Shown here in pieces: positions 1-9,623 of a stretch of 33,328 nt of DNA. Positions within the stretch are counted from its first letter, which is position 1, and every line of letters starts with the position of its first letter. The stretch is from an uncultured virus (IMG/VR IMGVR_UViG_3300020564_000003). Lineage: Duplodnaviria; Heunggongvirae; Uroviricota; Caudoviricetes. The notes below the pieces were generated by a model. The model was not told the DNA's origin and did not search any database. It was given only the letters and a program-made list of their open reading frames with translations. The stretch lies in IMG/VR virus record IMGVR_UViG_3300020564_000003, one strand, 5' to 3'. The position numbers and the translations under genes were made by a program.

Positions 1-1
1 C

Positions 2-313
2 GGAGAAGACACAGAAGTATTTACAATCGGTGCATTAGCACTAGCGTTGGAAAAACAGATTGTGACTATCCGTTTATGGGAGCGCAAAGGTTACATACCA
101 AGAGCGCCATACAGACTTCGTGCCAAGACACTTGGTGGCAAGAAAACTGGAGGCAATCGGGTATACACTAGAGCGCTGATTGAAGCCACTGTTGACGAGT
201 TCGCCAAGAGAGGCTTGATAGGCACTGCTCGCGTAGAGTGGGGCCAGCACGAAGACCTTACAGAGGCACTAATTAGCCGCTGGAAGGACATCACATCCAC
301 CGAGAGCCGTTAG
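2..313 (+). CDS. MerR-like HTH DNA-binding protein (5' truncated)
   Basis: Frame is open from the window edge: ...FTIGALALALEKQIVTIRLWERKGYIP...GGNRVY matches the MerR pattern (IG.LA...TIR.WE..G.I...R.Y). Confidence 0.6.
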   Translation, partial: GEDTEVFTIGALALALEKQIVTIRLWERKGYIPRAPYRLRAKTLGGKKTGGNRVYTRALIEATVDEFAKRGLIGTARVEWGQHEDLTEALISRWKDITSTESR

Positions 314-335
314 GCCTCATTACCAAAGGAACCAA

Positions 336-986
336 ATGCCGATTGCAAAACCGTCAGTTGATGCTGACACATACCTCGCTGAAGACAGCGAAACAATCCA
401 GCCAAAGGTTGGAACAACCGTACAAGAAGGTTGGGATGCAGTAGATGCTCTGTTAAAGACAGACAACTCAGAGTTCCCAACTGATTTCCGTTTCTCAGAT
501 GAGCCACAGCTCATCAAGTTCCTCCAAGACCGTCCGTTTGCTACTTACGAGCAGCACTGGATTGAACGTCCAAAGGGCAAGAAGTCCTTTGTATGTATCG
601 GAGACACATGCCCACTTTGCGACATCCTTGGTGATAAGCCTCGTGGCAAATTTGCTTTTAACATTCTCGTTCTTGTTGGCGAGACTACAGGTGTGCAGGT
701 TCTAACTGCTCCACCATCATTGGCTCGTCAGATTAAGAAGGCTCATGACGATGAGCGTAAGGGACCACTTGACCGTGAGTTCTGGGAAATTTCTCGCATG
801 GGAACAGGTCCAACGACACAGTACACCCTCAACTATGTACGTGGACGTGACCTTGCCGAGGAGTGGAAGTTAGACCTTGAAAACGTTAATGAACAGATTG
901 CATCTGCTGAGTCATTTACGGCAGACGAAGTAGTCCGAGAGACCCCTCGCTCTGAACTTCTTGAAATCGCACGTTCAATAGCGTAA
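336..986 (+). CDS. gp32-like single-stranded DNA-binding protein
   Basis: IKFL, QHW, CIGDTCPLC Zn motif, ISRMGTGPTTQY; SD AAGGA; directly upstream of the DNA polymerase. Confidence 0.65.
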   Translation: MPIAKPSVDADTYLAEDSETIQPKVGTTVQEGWDAVDALLKTDNSEFPTDFRFSDEPQLIKFLQDRPFATYEQHWIERPKGKKSFVCIGDTCPLCDILGDKPRGKFAFNILVLVGETTGVQVLTAPPSLARQIKKAHDDERKGPLDREFWEISRMGTGPTTQYTLNYVRGRDLAEEWKLDLENVNEQIASAESFTADEVVRETPRSELLEIARSIA

Positions 987-996
987 AACTTCCACA

Positions 997-1035
997 GTAG
1001 TAGGGGCCTGTCTTCCGTTTCCAGGCCCCTACTAC
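997..1035 (+). other. 14-bp perfect stem-loop between SSB and polA
   Basis: GTAGTAGGGGCCTG (997-1010) / CAGGCCCCTACTAC (1022-1035); no U-tract, so a stabiliser/processing site or U-less terminator. Confidence 0.6.
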
Positions 1036-1057
1036 ACACTAACTTGAGGGGTATTAA

Positions 1058-3058
1058 ATGAACATAATTACAACTAAGAAACAACTTGAAGAACTTGTTG
1101 AGTTTTACTCCAAGGTAGATGGTTTTGCATTTGACGTAGAAACAGTTGGAGAAAATAGAATCCAACCTGTTGTAAATGATGTGTTGTGGCTGTCATTAGC
1201 TACTGAGGGTCGTACAGATGTAATTCCTATGGGTCATCCTAATGGTGACTTTTTAAAGTGGGATAAAGAACTATTGTTAAGTGGTCAAAAGAAACTTGCT
1301 GCAGGTAAAGAGCTAAAAGAAACTGACTACTCAAAGAACCAAGCCAAGTGGACTCCAGTGTTTGATGCGCCACCAGAGCAGTTGTTGCCAGGCGATGTGT
1401 TTAAAGCATTAAAGCCATTGTTTTTTAGTGACCAGTTAAAGGTTGGTCATAACATTAAGTTTGACCTCAAATCAATTGCTAAGTATTACAGAGGCGTAGT
1501 ACCCAAGAAGCCTTTCTTTGACACTTTGATGGCTGCTTTTGTTATTGACAACCGTAATCGTGGAAAGCTTGGCCTAAAAGACTGTGCTGAAAAGTATCTG
1601 AAGATTAAAGTTGAAAAAGGTATTGGAGCAATGGTTGAGGTCCACTCCTTTTCAGAGGTAGCACATTACTCAGGGTTTGACTCTGAGGTTACTTGGAAGT
1701 TGTACAAAGAGTTGGCGCCTAAGTTAACTGGAAGTCTTGCTCGTGTGTGGGGTTTAGAGATGGATATTGTTGGCGCACTTTGTGACATGGAGTTAGCTGG
1801 AGCAACTGTTGATGTGGAAGAGTTAACTAATTTAAAAAAACGCCTTGAGATAGACATTGATGCTGCAGTTGCTCGTGCATACCGACTTGCAGGTAAGCCA
1901 TTTCCTATGAACTCTGTGCAAGAAAAACAGAAACTGTTATTTTCACCTAAAGAAGAAGGTGGTCGTGGTATTAAACCTAATCTCAAGGTTAAGATTGCTT
2001 TGACTACTAAGGGTCAAGATATGTTAGCCGCAAGGTTACCTTTGACTATTAACCAGTACTCTGTTTCATCAGAAGCGTTAGAGTTTTATCGCTCTAAAGA
2101 TGAGCTTGTTGATGCCATTCTTGAGTATCAAGACTTAAACAAACTTATGACTACATATGTAATGCCTTATCTAGGCGGAGACATTGTCCGTACTAATGCA
2201 GGTAAGTCACGCATTATTGAAAAGAAATCTCTTTTAATTAACGGAAAAGTACACACAAGCTTTAAGTCGCACGGAGCAGAGACAGGGCGTTTTTCCAGTA
2301 GTGACCCAAACTTACAGAACATTCCAAGCAGTGGTCAGTATGGAAAATTGATTCGTAATCTCTTTGTAGCACCTGATGGTTACAAGTTAGTAGTCGCTGA
2401 TTACTCTCAGATTGAGCCACGAATTGTTGCTTCATTTTCTAACGACCCAATTATGATGGACAACTATTTAAATGGTAAAGACATCTACACAACTATTGGC
2501 GACACCGTTGGCCTTGACCGTAAAGCAGGTAAAGTACTGGTTTTAGCTATGACCTACGGTGTGGGGCCTGACAAAATTGCTTCGTCTCTTGGATTAACTG
2601 TGGACGCAGCAAGAAAACTTTTGAATGACTTTACCGACAGGTTTAATGCGATTGCTAAATACAAAGCAAAGGTCACGCGATTAGCTAGCCAACAATCTCC
2701 AACTCCTTTTGTAGAGACTGTTTTTGGTCGCCGTCGTTACATCCCTGACCTAAAGTCCACAGATAAAGGACTTCGGAGCAGAGCAGACCGACAAGCATTT
2801 AACACCGTTATCCAAGGTTCTGCAGCAGATTTGATGAAACTCGCCATTGTTAGAGCACATTCTTGTTTTATAGATGAGCCAGATGTTAATGTGGTGTTGA
2901 CGGTACACGATGAACTCGTTACAGTTGCACGTGAAGATTTAGCAGAAGAGACAGCCGAAGCAATTCGGTTATCTATGGAAGGTATCCACCTACCAGAGAT
3001 GACTGTTCCTCTTATTGCTGATGTAAAAATTGTAGACAAGTGGGGAGAAGCAAAATGA
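1058..3058 (+). CDS. polA: Family A DNA polymerase with 3'-5' exonuclease
   Basis: ExoI FDVET, ExoII GHNIKFD, TGRFSSSDPNLQNIP, motif A DYSQIE, motif B RKAGKVLVLAMTYG, motif C VHDEL. Confidence 0.97.
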   Translation: MNIITTKKQLEELVEFYSKVDGFAFDVETVGENRIQPVVNDVLWLSLATEGRTDVIPMGHPNGDFLKWDKELLLSGQKKLAAGKELKETDYSKNQAKWTPVFDAPPEQLLPGDVFKALKPLFFSDQLKVGHNIKFDLKSIAKYYRGVVPKKPFFDTLMAAFVIDNRNRGKLGLKDCAEKYLKIKVEKGIGAMVEVHSFSEVAHYSGFDSEVTWKLYKELAPKLTGSLARVWGLEMDIVGALCDMELAGATVDVEELTNLKKRLEIDIDAAVARAYRLAGKPFPMNSVQEKQKLLFSPKEEGGRGIKPNLKVKIALTTKGQDMLAARLPLTINQYSVSSEALEFYRSKDELVDAILEYQDLNKLMTTYVMPYLGGDIVRTNAGKSRIIEKKSLLINGKVHTSFKSHGAETGRFSSSDPNLQNIPSSGQYGKLIRNLFVAPDGYKLVVADYSQIEPRIVASFSNDPIMMDNYLNGKDIYTTIGDTVGLDRKAGKVLVLAMTYGVGPDKIASSLGLTVDAARKLLNDFTDRFNAIAKYKAKVTRLASQQSPTPFVETVFGRRRYIPDLKSTDKGLRSRADRQAFNTVIQGSAADLMKLAIVRAHSCFIDEPDVNVVLTVHDELVTVAREDLAEETAEAIRLSMEGIHLPEMTVPLIADVKIVDKWGEAK

Positions 3059-3429
3059 GTACTGCAGACTGGTGGGCTAAACAACTTGGAGCGCAACCTG
3101 CGCAACCTGCTGCACGTCCCGCAGATGTGCCAATGCCACCTTCACAGCAGCCATTGGCTGCAATGCCACAGCCTGCATACACGCAACCACTTTCTAAAGC
3201 ACAAAGTGCAAGTCAAACTGATTCCTGCCCTGAGTGCGGCGGTAACAACTACATGGCAGTCCAGAACGCTGCAGCCAGATGTTATGACTGTGGGTACCCA
3301 ATAACACAAGCAGGAAGTCGTTACGGTTCATTGACTGGAGCCACAGTAGAAGGCAGTGCAAAGTCTGCGCAAGGAAATGACGTTCAAAGTAATTGGAATC
3401 CACAAGGGATTATTGGGAGAGTAAATTGA
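3055..3429 (+). CDS. Zn-ribbon protein with Pro/Gln-rich N-terminus
   Basis: ATGA overlap with the polA stop; CPECG...CYDCG. Confidence 0.75.
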   Translation: MSTADWWAKQLGAQPAQPAARPADVPMPPSQQPLAAMPQPAYTQPLSKAQSASQTDSCPECGGNNYMAVQNAAARCYDCGYPITQAGSRYGSLTGATVEGSAKSAQGNDVQSNWNPQGIIGRVN

Positions 3430-4472
3430 TAAATGCTGATGCACGCAAACTTATTGCACAACTTAACAAGAAGTTTAAAGGCGATGTTGTCGTTATGGCG
3501 TCCGATATTCGGAGCGACATTATTCCTCGTATCACTAGTGGCTCTACTACCCTTGACTTTGTATTGGGTGGGGGTTTCCCTGGTAACCAATGGAATGAAC
3601 TCATTGGGGAACCGTCGCACGGCAAGACAGCTCTCGCTCTTAAAACTATTGCAGCGAATCAAGCATTAAACGCTGACTACACAACTGTGTGGGTAGCTGC
3701 CGAACAATGGGTGCCAGAGTACGCCGAAATGTGTGGCGTAGATACGTCTCGCGTTATTGTTATTGAAACGTCTGTTATGGAGGAGGCATACCAAGCAGTC
3801 ATTGAGTTTGCTGAGTCCAAATCTGTAGACGCAATTGTTATTGATTCATTACCAGCCCTCTCCCCAATGCCAGAGATGGAAAAAGATATGAGCGAGGCAA
3901 CCGTTGGTCGTGGAGCACTTCTTACAAATAAGTTTTTCCGTGTAGTTGGCACAGCAATGAAACGTTCTCTAACTGAGGATGAGCGTCCTGTTCTTGGGTT
4001 GATTATCAACCAGTACCGAATGAAAATCGGTGTAATGCACGGTGACCCTCGCACAACCCCTGGCGGAGAAGGAAAGAACTATGCGTTCTTTACCCGCTGT
4101 GAAGTACGCCGTAAGGAATGGATTGAAATTGGTTCAGGCACAAACAAGGTTAGAGTTGGACAACAGATTGTTGTTCGCACATTAAAGAACAAGACTGCAC
4201 CACCACAGCGTGTTGCATACTTTGATTTCTACTTTGCGCCAGGTGGCGCCTGTGAACCTGGGGAGTTTGATTTTGCTAAAGAAATCGCCTCTCTTGGTGT
4301 AATCATGGGCGTTATTGAACGCAAAGGTGGTTGGTTCTATCACGGTGAGCGTAAGTGGCAGGGCATTGAGTCTGTCATTGCAAGTATCCGTGAAGAAGTT
4401 GACCTTAAAGAAGCAATACAAACTGCAGTACTCTCATCAGATGCAGCACCATTGGCAATTGATGAAGACTGA
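3426..4472 (+). CDS. recA: RecA/UvsX-like recombinase
   Basis: Walker A GEPSHGKT, VIDS, INQYRMKIGVMHGDPRTTPGG, KNKTAPP; likely TTG start overlapping the upstream TGA, SD GGGAG. Confidence 0.93.
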   Translation: MINADARKLIAQLNKKFKGDVVVMASDIRSDIIPRITSGSTTLDFVLGGGFPGNQWNELIGEPSHGKTALALKTIAANQALNADYTTVWVAAEQWVPEYAEMCGVDTSRVIVIETSVMEEAYQAVIEFAESKSVDAIVIDSLPALSPMPEMEKDMSEATVGRGALLTNKFFRVVGTAMKRSLTEDERPVLGLIINQYRMKIGVMHGDPRTTPGGEGKNYAFFTRCEVRRKEWIEIGSGTNKVRVGQQIVVRTLKNKTAPPQRVAYFDFYFAPGGACEPGEFDFAKEIASLGVIMGVIERKGGWFYHGERKWQGIESVIASIREEVDLKEAIQTAVLSSDAAPLAIDED

Positions 4473-4779
4473 AGGCCAAAAGCAATCCCAGAAGCACGAA
4501 AAAAGACTAGCTAAGAAAATTGGCGGTAAAACTATGGCTGCATCTGGAGCCTTTTGGTCCCATAAGGGAGATGTTCGGTCAAGCGACCTCTTGATTGAGC
4601 ATAAGTTTACAGGGAAGAAATCTTTTTCTGTAAAGGCAGAGGTGTTGAAGAAAATAACGACAGAGGCCATCCTTGATGGACGTATGCCAGTATTGGGCGT
4701 CCATTTAGATGGGGAGAATTACGTAATTCTTCTTGAAGACGACTTTCTAGAGATGAGGGACCGTCTAAAGGATGCTTAA
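4462..4779 (+). CDS. PD-(D/E)xK nuclease, Holliday-junction-resolvase-like
   Basis: E..LAK, SGA, KGDV, LIEHK motifs. Confidence 0.75.
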   Translation: MKTEGQKQSQKHEKRLAKKIGGKTMAASGAFWSHKGDVRSSDLLIEHKFTGKKSFSVKAEVLKKITTEAILDGRMPVLGVHLDGENYVILLEDDFLEMRDRLKDA

Positions 4780-4782
4780 TAT

Positions 4783-5115
4783 ATGTACGAAAATGAATCA
4801 CCGTGGTGGTCTAAAGCACGTTGCTTTGGAGCCGCACCTAAAAGCCAAGAGGAAGAAGATATTTTCTATCCTCCAAGAGATAAGGACCGATATAAATTAA
4901 TTGCCGATAAAGCCAAGGTTTATTGCCTTGGTGAAAATGGTAAGAATCCGTGCCCTGTACTAAAAGATTGTTTGTGGGATGCAGTCACTCGTGACGAACC
5001 ACACGGAATCTGGGGAGGATTGAGCCACAGAGAAAGAAATGCTTTAATACGTAAGTGGAAAAAATCATTCGCTAAGAAAATGACTCTTAAGGAGTTTATT
5101 TTCAGTAAGGACTAA
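4783..5115 (+). CDS. whiB: WhiB family transcription factor
   Basis: Four Cys (C...C...CPV...C) plus GIWGGLS..ER. Confidence 0.92.
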   Translation: MYENESPWWSKARCFGAAPKSQEEEDIFYPPRDKDRYKLIADKAKVYCLGENGKNPCPVLKDCLWDAVTRDEPHGIWGGLSHRERNALIRKWKKSFAKKMTLKEFIFSKD

Positions 5116-5116
5116 C

Positions 5117-5974
5117 ATGGCTACAGAACTAAAGAAGTTCTTAGATGCAAAGAAGACGACAACACGCTTATTGGGTGATGTTGAACGGTACCTTATGCGC
5201 CGTCCGTTAGACGACCGCCGCCAAGACGTACTCCACCCGTCAGAAATAATCAAACCTGACTGGTGTCACCGTTATTCGTACCATTTACTAACGGGTGGAG
5301 AAGCGAATAGAACCAAACCAAATCTTAGATTGCAAAACATATTTGACGAAGGACACTACATTCACGCTAAATGGCAGTCTCGTTTTCAGGCAATGAATGT
5401 TCTTTATGGAAAGTTTGAGTGTTTAGCTTGCCAGGTAATGACCATAGGTATTTCTCCAGCCTGCAAAGATTGTGGGCGTAAAGATGTTATGGAGTACCGA
5501 GAAGTCACCCTTGTAGATGACAACCTACGGATTGCAGGTCATACAGATGGTTGGATTAAAGACATCGGAGATGATTGCTTAATTGAAATCAAGTCTATTG
5601 GCGCAGGAACCCTACGCTTTGAAGCCCCCGATATCCTTGCAGATGCTGGCGGAGATATGACCAAAGCATTCAACAACATTCGCCGTCCATTCCGCAGCCA
5701 CTTACTGCAAGGTCAGATGTATTTAGAATTAGCGCACCGTATGTATGGTGATGAAGCGCCAAAAGAGATTGTTTTCTTGTACGAGAATAAGGCAGACCAA
5801 GCAACTAAAGAGTTCACTGTTAAAGCAGACTATGAGATTGTTGAACGTATTTTCTTTAGCGCATCAAAGGTAATTGCTGCTGTAAAAGCAAAGAAGATGC
5901 CTGAGTGCAACGTTAGTTCTGATGGTTGCAAGTCTTGTAACTCTTTAGTGGATTTGGAGGAGTGGGGTGCTTAA
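5117..5974 (+). CDS. Cas4-like PD-(D/E)xK exonuclease
   Basis: HPSEI...C, GHYIH, GHTDG, IEIKS, Q..MY, C-terminal C...CKSC. Confidence 0.8.
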   Translation: MATELKKFLDAKKTTTRLLGDVERYLMRRPLDDRRQDVLHPSEIIKPDWCHRYSYHLLTGGEANRTKPNLRLQNIFDEGHYIHAKWQSRFQAMNVLYGKFECLACQVMTIGISPACKDCGRKDVMEYREVTLVDDNLRIAGHTDGWIKDIGDDCLIEIKSIGAGTLRFEAPDILADAGGDMTKAFNNIRRPFRSHLLQGQMYLELAHRMYGDEAPKEIVFLYENKADQATKEFTVKADYEIVERIFFSASKVIAAVKAKKMPECNVSSDGCKSCNSLVDLEEWGA

Positions 5975-6455
5975 TTTAGGTCCAATGTCGTCTTTAGCAG
6001 TAAAGCGTATGACAGAACAAAACATTAATATGTGGCCTGACCAATCAGAGCAACCAAAAATGCCACGAGACATCTCTGTCTTAGATAGTGACGAACTTAG
6101 TGCCCTCTTTACTCAGTTAACTGCTTGGTCTAATTTTGTTGCGGGTCAATTAGCTGCCTGTCAAGTAGATGAGCATGTTCTAAATAAAAAGAAAGACTCT
6201 TTAGAGGCTCAATTGTTTTTAGCTAAAGACAATTCAAAAGTTAAAGGTGAGAGAGTAACTCTCATCAAAGCTCAAGTTGCTGCTGACCCAAAGATTATGG
6301 ATTTAGAAGACCAACTTACTCACGCTTACGCATACCGCAAGATGGTAGAGGTTGTAGCCAACAACTTTGAAAGAGATGTGGCGTTGGTTTCTCGTGAGAT
6401 TACTCGTCGTACAAATGATTTCCGTTCAACACGAAAGGATAAGTTCTCCGCATGA
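5967..6455 (+). CDS. Helical protein, possibly a UvsY-like recombination mediator
   Basis: Coiled-coil character and position in the recombination block; family assignment is inference. Confidence 0.4.
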   Translation: MLNLGPMSSLAVKRMTEQNINMWPDQSEQPKMPRDISVLDSDELSALFTQLTAWSNFVAGQLAACQVDEHVLNKKKDSLEAQLFLAKDNSKVKGERVTLIKAQVAADPKIMDLEDQLTHAYAYRKMVEVVANNFERDVALVSREITRRTNDFRSTRKDKFSA

Positions 6456-6991
6456 TTATCGGCCTAACAGGTTACGCACAATCAGGTAAGGACAGTGTTG
6501 CAAATAGTCTTGTTCAAAATTATGGGTATACCCGTGTTGCATTTGCAGACAAGATTAGAGAGTTGTTAATTGAAACAAATCCTTTTATTAGAGACGGGTT
6601 TAGAGTTGAAGGCGTTGTTAGTGCCTATGGTTGGGACCAAGCAAAGATTCTGTTTCCTGAAATAAGGCATTTGCTTCAAAGTTTAGGTGTAGGTGCTCGT
6701 AAAACTTTTGGAGATGATTTTTGGATTCATCAAGCCTTGAAAGACCTAAACTCTAAAGACAATATTGTTATTTCTGATGTTAGATTTGTAAACGAAGCTG
6801 AATGTATTAAGCAACGTAATGGGCAACTTTGGAGAGTTAAACGTCCAGGAGTTGCGGCAATTAATGCCCACGTTTCTGAATCCGATTTAGATGGGTATAA
6901 AGTAGATAAGATTTTACACAACGGGGGAACGCTTGAGGAACTAGAGTCACTAGTTCACACAAGAATGGACTCCTACCCTCATGACAACTAA
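6452..6991 (+). CDS. Deoxynucleoside monophosphate kinase
   Basis: IIGLTGYAQSGKDS, FAD, R.LLQ.LG, ISDVRFVNE, H.SE. Confidence 0.92.
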   Translation: MIIGLTGYAQSGKDSVANSLVQNYGYTRVAFADKIRELLIETNPFIRDGFRVEGVVSAYGWDQAKILFPEIRHLLQSLGVGARKTFGDDFWIHQALKDLNSKDNIVISDVRFVNEAECIKQRNGQLWRVKRPGVAAINAHVSESDLDGYKVDKILHNGGTLEELESLVHTRMDSYPHDN

Positions 6992-7568
6992 GGTAATAGA
7001 CGGCGGATTAAACACTGCAGGTAATGTAACAATCGGCATTGACCAATCCCTTACAGGATTTGCGCTAACTGCGCTCTCATTAGATGACCCGAAGAAACAC
7101 ATCACTTGGGTGTACAAATCTCCTTACTTTGGAATTGAACGTCTTGTAGATATTCGTCAATGGTTAACAGACCATTTAATGTACCTAGAAGAACATGATT
7201 TAGATGTTGTAGATTTAGCAATGGAAGGGACAGTTCTTGCAAGCCAAGCAGCGTTAGTTCTTGGAGAACTTTCAGCAACGGTACGGTTAGCTATCTACGA
7301 TATGTACGGTGAAGATGACCCACGTAGATTCCCCCTTAAAGTTCCCCCAATGACATTGAAGAAGTATGCATCAGGTAAAGGGAACGCCAAGAAGCAAGAG
7401 ATGCTGTTACAGATATACAAGCGATGGGGCGTTGAGTTCAACGATGACAATGCTGCCGATTCCTACGCTTTAGCACGCCTTGTAGGAAAATTTTCAATTA
7501 ACGAAGTTGAAAAGGCAGTAGCTGAGCAAATGTCAGACCCTAAATACCGAGACCAAGCGCGGTTTTAG
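6981..7568 (+). CDS. ruvC: RuvC-like Holliday junction resolvase
   Basis: IGIDQSLTGF, AMEG, LKKYASGKGNAKK, DDNAADS. Confidence 0.88.
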   Translation: MTTKVIDGGLNTAGNVTIGIDQSLTGFALTALSLDDPKKHITWVYKSPYFGIERLVDIRQWLTDHLMYLEEHDLDVVDLAMEGTVLASQAALVLGELSATVRLAIYDMYGEDDPRRFPLKVPPMTLKKYASGKGNAKKQEMLLQIYKRWGVEFNDDNAADSYALARLVGKFSINEVEKAVAEQMSDPKYRDQARF

Positions 7569-7621
7569 ACCTATCCTTTAGTTCGGGAGTGGCACACGAA
7601 ACCGAACCAAAGGACTAACAA

Positions 7622-7912
7622 TTGAGTAACACACCAGAAGCATCACAAGAAGAGCCGTTTTTGCGAGTAAGCGCAAGCTCCAATCCGCAAAGCGTAGCCT
7701 CAGCCATTGCCCATGCAATTTACGACAAGCGTGAGGTAAAACTCCGTGCTGTTGGTGCAGGAGCAGTAAACCAAGCAGTTAAAGCAATTGCCATTGCTCG
7801 TGGGTATGTAGCCCCTCGTGGTATGGATTTAACGGATAAGCCAGGGTTTACAACTATTGAGTCACGAGACGGCGAAATTTCTGCAATCGTCTTTCACATT
7901 ACAGCAAGCTAA
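7622..7912 (+). CDS. spoVS: SpoVS-family (Alba-like) protein
   Basis: LRVSASSNPQSVASAIA, AVGAGAVNQAVKAIAIARG, PGF...EISAIVF; TTG start with SD AAGGA. Confidence 0.88.
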   Translation: MSNTPEASQEEPFLRVSASSNPQSVASAIAHAIYDKREVKLRAVGAGAVNQAVKAIAIARGYVAPRGMDLTDKPGFTTIESRDGEISAIVFHITAS

Positions 7913-7948
7913 AACCGTCGTATCCTTATACCAAAGCAAGGAGTAATC

Positions 7949-8410
7949 ATGGCAAATTGGACAGACATGGGTCACGCAATGCGACGTCGCATGGGCGCAC
8001 CTTCCAACCACCACTTAGAATCAGCAGGTAAGAATATGAGCAAAAACATTCCAACAACAGAAGAAATTTTAGCTTCTGCAGAACACGCAGCTTCACCACG
8101 TCGTTATATGGGCATGGACGCTGCAAAGTTTAACAATGTAAGCGGAACTCCAACCGTTGGTAAGCAAATGCCAAAGAAGAACACACAAGCTGGAGACCCA
8201 ACATCTGGTGGAAAAGCAAACCGCTCAAATGTTTCTGCAGGTAATGCAGCGCAGTCAGAGCGTTCAGGTGCTCGTCACCGCATCTCAGTGAAGTTTCCTG
8301 CAGGACACGACCCAGCAGCATCAGCAACAATGTCAAGTGGCAGAGCTGTTCGTTCAGTAGCTGGTCGTCAAGCACCAAACTTTAACGACGGAAACAGCGC
8401 TTCATACTAA
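7949..8410 (+). CDS. Hypothetical low-complexity protein
   Basis: SD AAGGAG; 153-aa ORF in a tightly packed operon. Confidence 0.7.
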   Translation: MANWTDMGHAMRRRMGAPSNHHLESAGKNMSKNIPTTEEILASAEHAASPRRYMGMDAAKFNNVSGTPTVGKQMPKKNTQAGDPTSGGKANRSNVSAGNAAQSERSGARHRISVKFPAGHDPAASATMSSGRAVRSVAGRQAPNFNDGNSASY

Positions 8411-8411
8411 T

Positions 8412-8669
8412 ATGCCAGACATTATTTCTTCTGCAGAGTTCGGTTCTACAAGTCAAACTGGTAGAGCAGCGCAATACCACGAAGAGACTGAAGCTCCTCT
8501 GTCACTAAGCAAGTCAACCAACACAAGTGTTGGTCAACAAACTGCTTGGCGTCCAAAAAGAGGGGCATCGTTGTCTCGTCAGACATCTGGTAGCACGTTG
8601 AACTTTGATGATGCAGGTTCAGCACCGCTTCCAAAGTCAGACGCTGGAGCAAACTTCTTAAAAGGTTAG
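8412..8669 (+). CDS. Hypothetical protein
   Basis: Starts 1 nt after the upstream stop; Ser/Thr-rich. Confidence 0.6.
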   Translation: MPDIISSAEFGSTSQTGRAAQYHEETEAPLSLSKSTNTSVGQQTAWRPKRGASLSRQTSGSTLNFDDAGSAPLPKSDAGANFLKG

Positions 8670-8727
8670 TTCGTAAGAACAAGCCCATGGAGGGCACATT
8701 ATTTTTTAAGACGATTGAGGTGATTAA

Positions 8728-9261
8728 ATGCCAGGCGGTACAAACAACTTTTCTCCTTCTCAAAACTGGCAATCACTAGGTGCTGGTGGTGTTTATGGTT
8801 ATAACAATCAGGGTGGTTCAGGAACTTCTGTAGCCCGTGACCCTATGGATGCGTCACGCATTGGTGTGGGGCGTGTTCCATCTGCCGAGTATCCTGATGG
8901 ATACCTTGGCACTATCCGCTCACGTCGTGATGACCGTTTGCTGGATAGTATCAAGTCTCGCGTCAACCAAAAAGCCTATCAACGTGGTGTGCACAAAGGT
9001 GAGCGCATTGAGCCATCTATGTACTTCTGGCCTGATGGAATCAATCCTATGTCTGGTATTGAACGTCAGATGAAAGCTAATTACGTAAATGTAAACGGCG
9101 TAAATGTTTATCAATCATTACGCAGTACACCACAAGTAGCGTTACTTCCAGCGCCTCACCTTGTTAACGACGGTAAAGCAAATACTGTTGCTACATCACC
9201 TGCAGAAATCAATGAGCGTCGTCAAGCAATGCTTGCATACTTGAAACCAGCGTGGCGATAA
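8728..9261 (+). CDS. Hypothetical phage protein
   Basis: SD GAGGTG; 177-aa ORF. Confidence 0.75.
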   Translation: MPGGTNNFSPSQNWQSLGAGGVYGYNNQGGSGTSVARDPMDASRIGVGRVPSAEYPDGYLGTIRSRRDDRLLDSIKSRVNQKAYQRGVHKGERIEPSMYFWPDGINPMSGIERQMKANYVNVNGVNVYQSLRSTPQVALLPAPHLVNDGKANTVATSPAEINERRQAMLAYLKPAWR

Positions 9262-9623
9262 TGACGCAAAAATTTGATGGTAATTACGACTACACAAAGC
9301 CATGGCGTGCACCAATTCAGCCTGACCAGGTAGCAAAGCGCTGGCAGTACAACGGACCTTTTACATCCAATATGGAGCGGTTAACAACTCAAGCACTGAT
9401 GATTATGAACGTTCCTGGTAAAGATATTCAAGCAATGGTTCGTCCACCACTTCCACAGATTCGTTTATTCCCTGACCGTTTTGGTTACGGATTCCGTGGA
9501 CAACCAGGGATTGACGATGTCGTAACTATAGACCGCGTCTATTCAGAGCCACGTGTTTCTTGGTTCTCAGGTGGACCAGCAGGATTCCAAGCTGCATCTC
9601 GTAATGAGTTGGGTGGCATCTAA
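9261..9623 (+). CDS. Hypothetical protein
   Basis: TAATG coupling at both ends. Confidence 0.7.
   Translation: MTQKFDGNYDYTKPWRAPIQPDQVAKRWQYNGPFTSNMERLTTQALMIMNVPGKDIQAMVRPPLPQIRLFPDRFGYGFRGQPGIDDVVTIDRVYSEPRVSWFSGGPAGFQAASRNELGGI

Noticed and set aside
1220..1400. Intein or intron in polA, recA or nrdJ
   Set aside because: The polA exonuclease domain has a short insert but no C/S...HN splice motifs; all three ORFs are of ordinary length and uninterrupted
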